In this document: piece after piece, positions 63,507 through 64,000 of the stretch
Position numbering within the stretch: the first letter of the stretch is position 1
Layout of the letters: each line of letters starts with the position of its first letter
DNA from: Octopus vulgaris
Taxonomy: Eukaryota
Direction of reading: 5' to 3'
Assembly (NCBI GenBank): GCA_951406725.2
Contig: OX597814.1
Coordinates: forward strand, 208,196,001 to 208,260,000
DNA length: 64,000 nucleotides
Program-made: the position numbers and the translations under genes
The notes under the pieces: model-generated
Databases searched by the model: none
Seen by the model: only the letters and a program-made list of their open reading frames with translations
What the model was told of the DNA's origin: nothing

Positions 63507-63851
63507 CTGTGATCTAACTACTCTATCCTAAATTTTCTAATTTTTCAGTACTAAATCTTCACTCACATCCATTCTAATCTCATTCATTTCATATCTACCT
63601 TCTTGTACATACTAGTTGCTGCCTCTATTTTAAACACTAAATGCTTCTCATATTTATTACCACATAATGCATGACATAATTAATTCTATTATCAAGAGGA
63701 TAGTATTAACTATGAATTTAAGATTAATATTTTCTTTATAAGATTAATTTCAGTTTAGTACTAAATTCTTAGATTTAAGGTAAAACTTATTCTAAACAGT
63801 CTGTTATATATTTTTCTATAGTGATTCTTATGATAACAGTGTGTGGAAGCA

Positions 63852-64000
63852 ATCCGTCGGTTACGACGACGAGGGTTCCGGTTGATCCGATCAACGGAAC
63901 AGCCTGCTCACGAAATTAACGTGTAAGTGGCTGAGCACTCCACAGACACGTGTACCCTTAACGTAGTTCTCGGGGATATTCAGCGTGACACAGAGAGTGA
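63852..64000 (-). mobile_element. SINE C 3' part (cut by the window end)
   Basis: Reverse complement of ~3177-3325. Confidence 0.9.

Overview
AT-rich, repeat-saturated metazoan DNA with no recognisable host gene. The SINE/LINE complement resembles what I recall from octopod cephalopods; that taxon call is an inference. Nearly all ORFs in the track are microsatellite or SINE artefacts. Real coding remnants are all from transposable elements: a 1.2-kb Tc1-type DD36E element (8205-9439), a Chapaev3-like element with both ends (10674-12904), two DD37D mariner remnants, a Penelope-like GIY-YIG element with duplicated and inverted 3' ends (~20.9-23.7 kb), an uninterrupted 5'-truncated CR1-group RT (51.9-53.5 kb), RTE, Tx1/L1 and R4/Dong-type fragments, and a 5.9-kb Helitron (56613-62506) carrying nested insertions. 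Four abundant SINE-like families (my labels A-D), non-autonomous Helitrons and several MITE types fill the gaps. The main unexpected signal is a set of about eight minimal Type I hammerhead-ribozyme motifs from about five unrelated repeat families, most with a palindromic helix III. One has an intact core and lies downstream of a tRNA-like Pol III promoter (48592-48845). Also notable are 38-bp and 69-bp TIR-only elements with perfect 8-bp TSDs, and a SINE/LINE pair sharing a co-varying 3' hairpin. All calls were made by eye; boundaries without a TSD are approximate.
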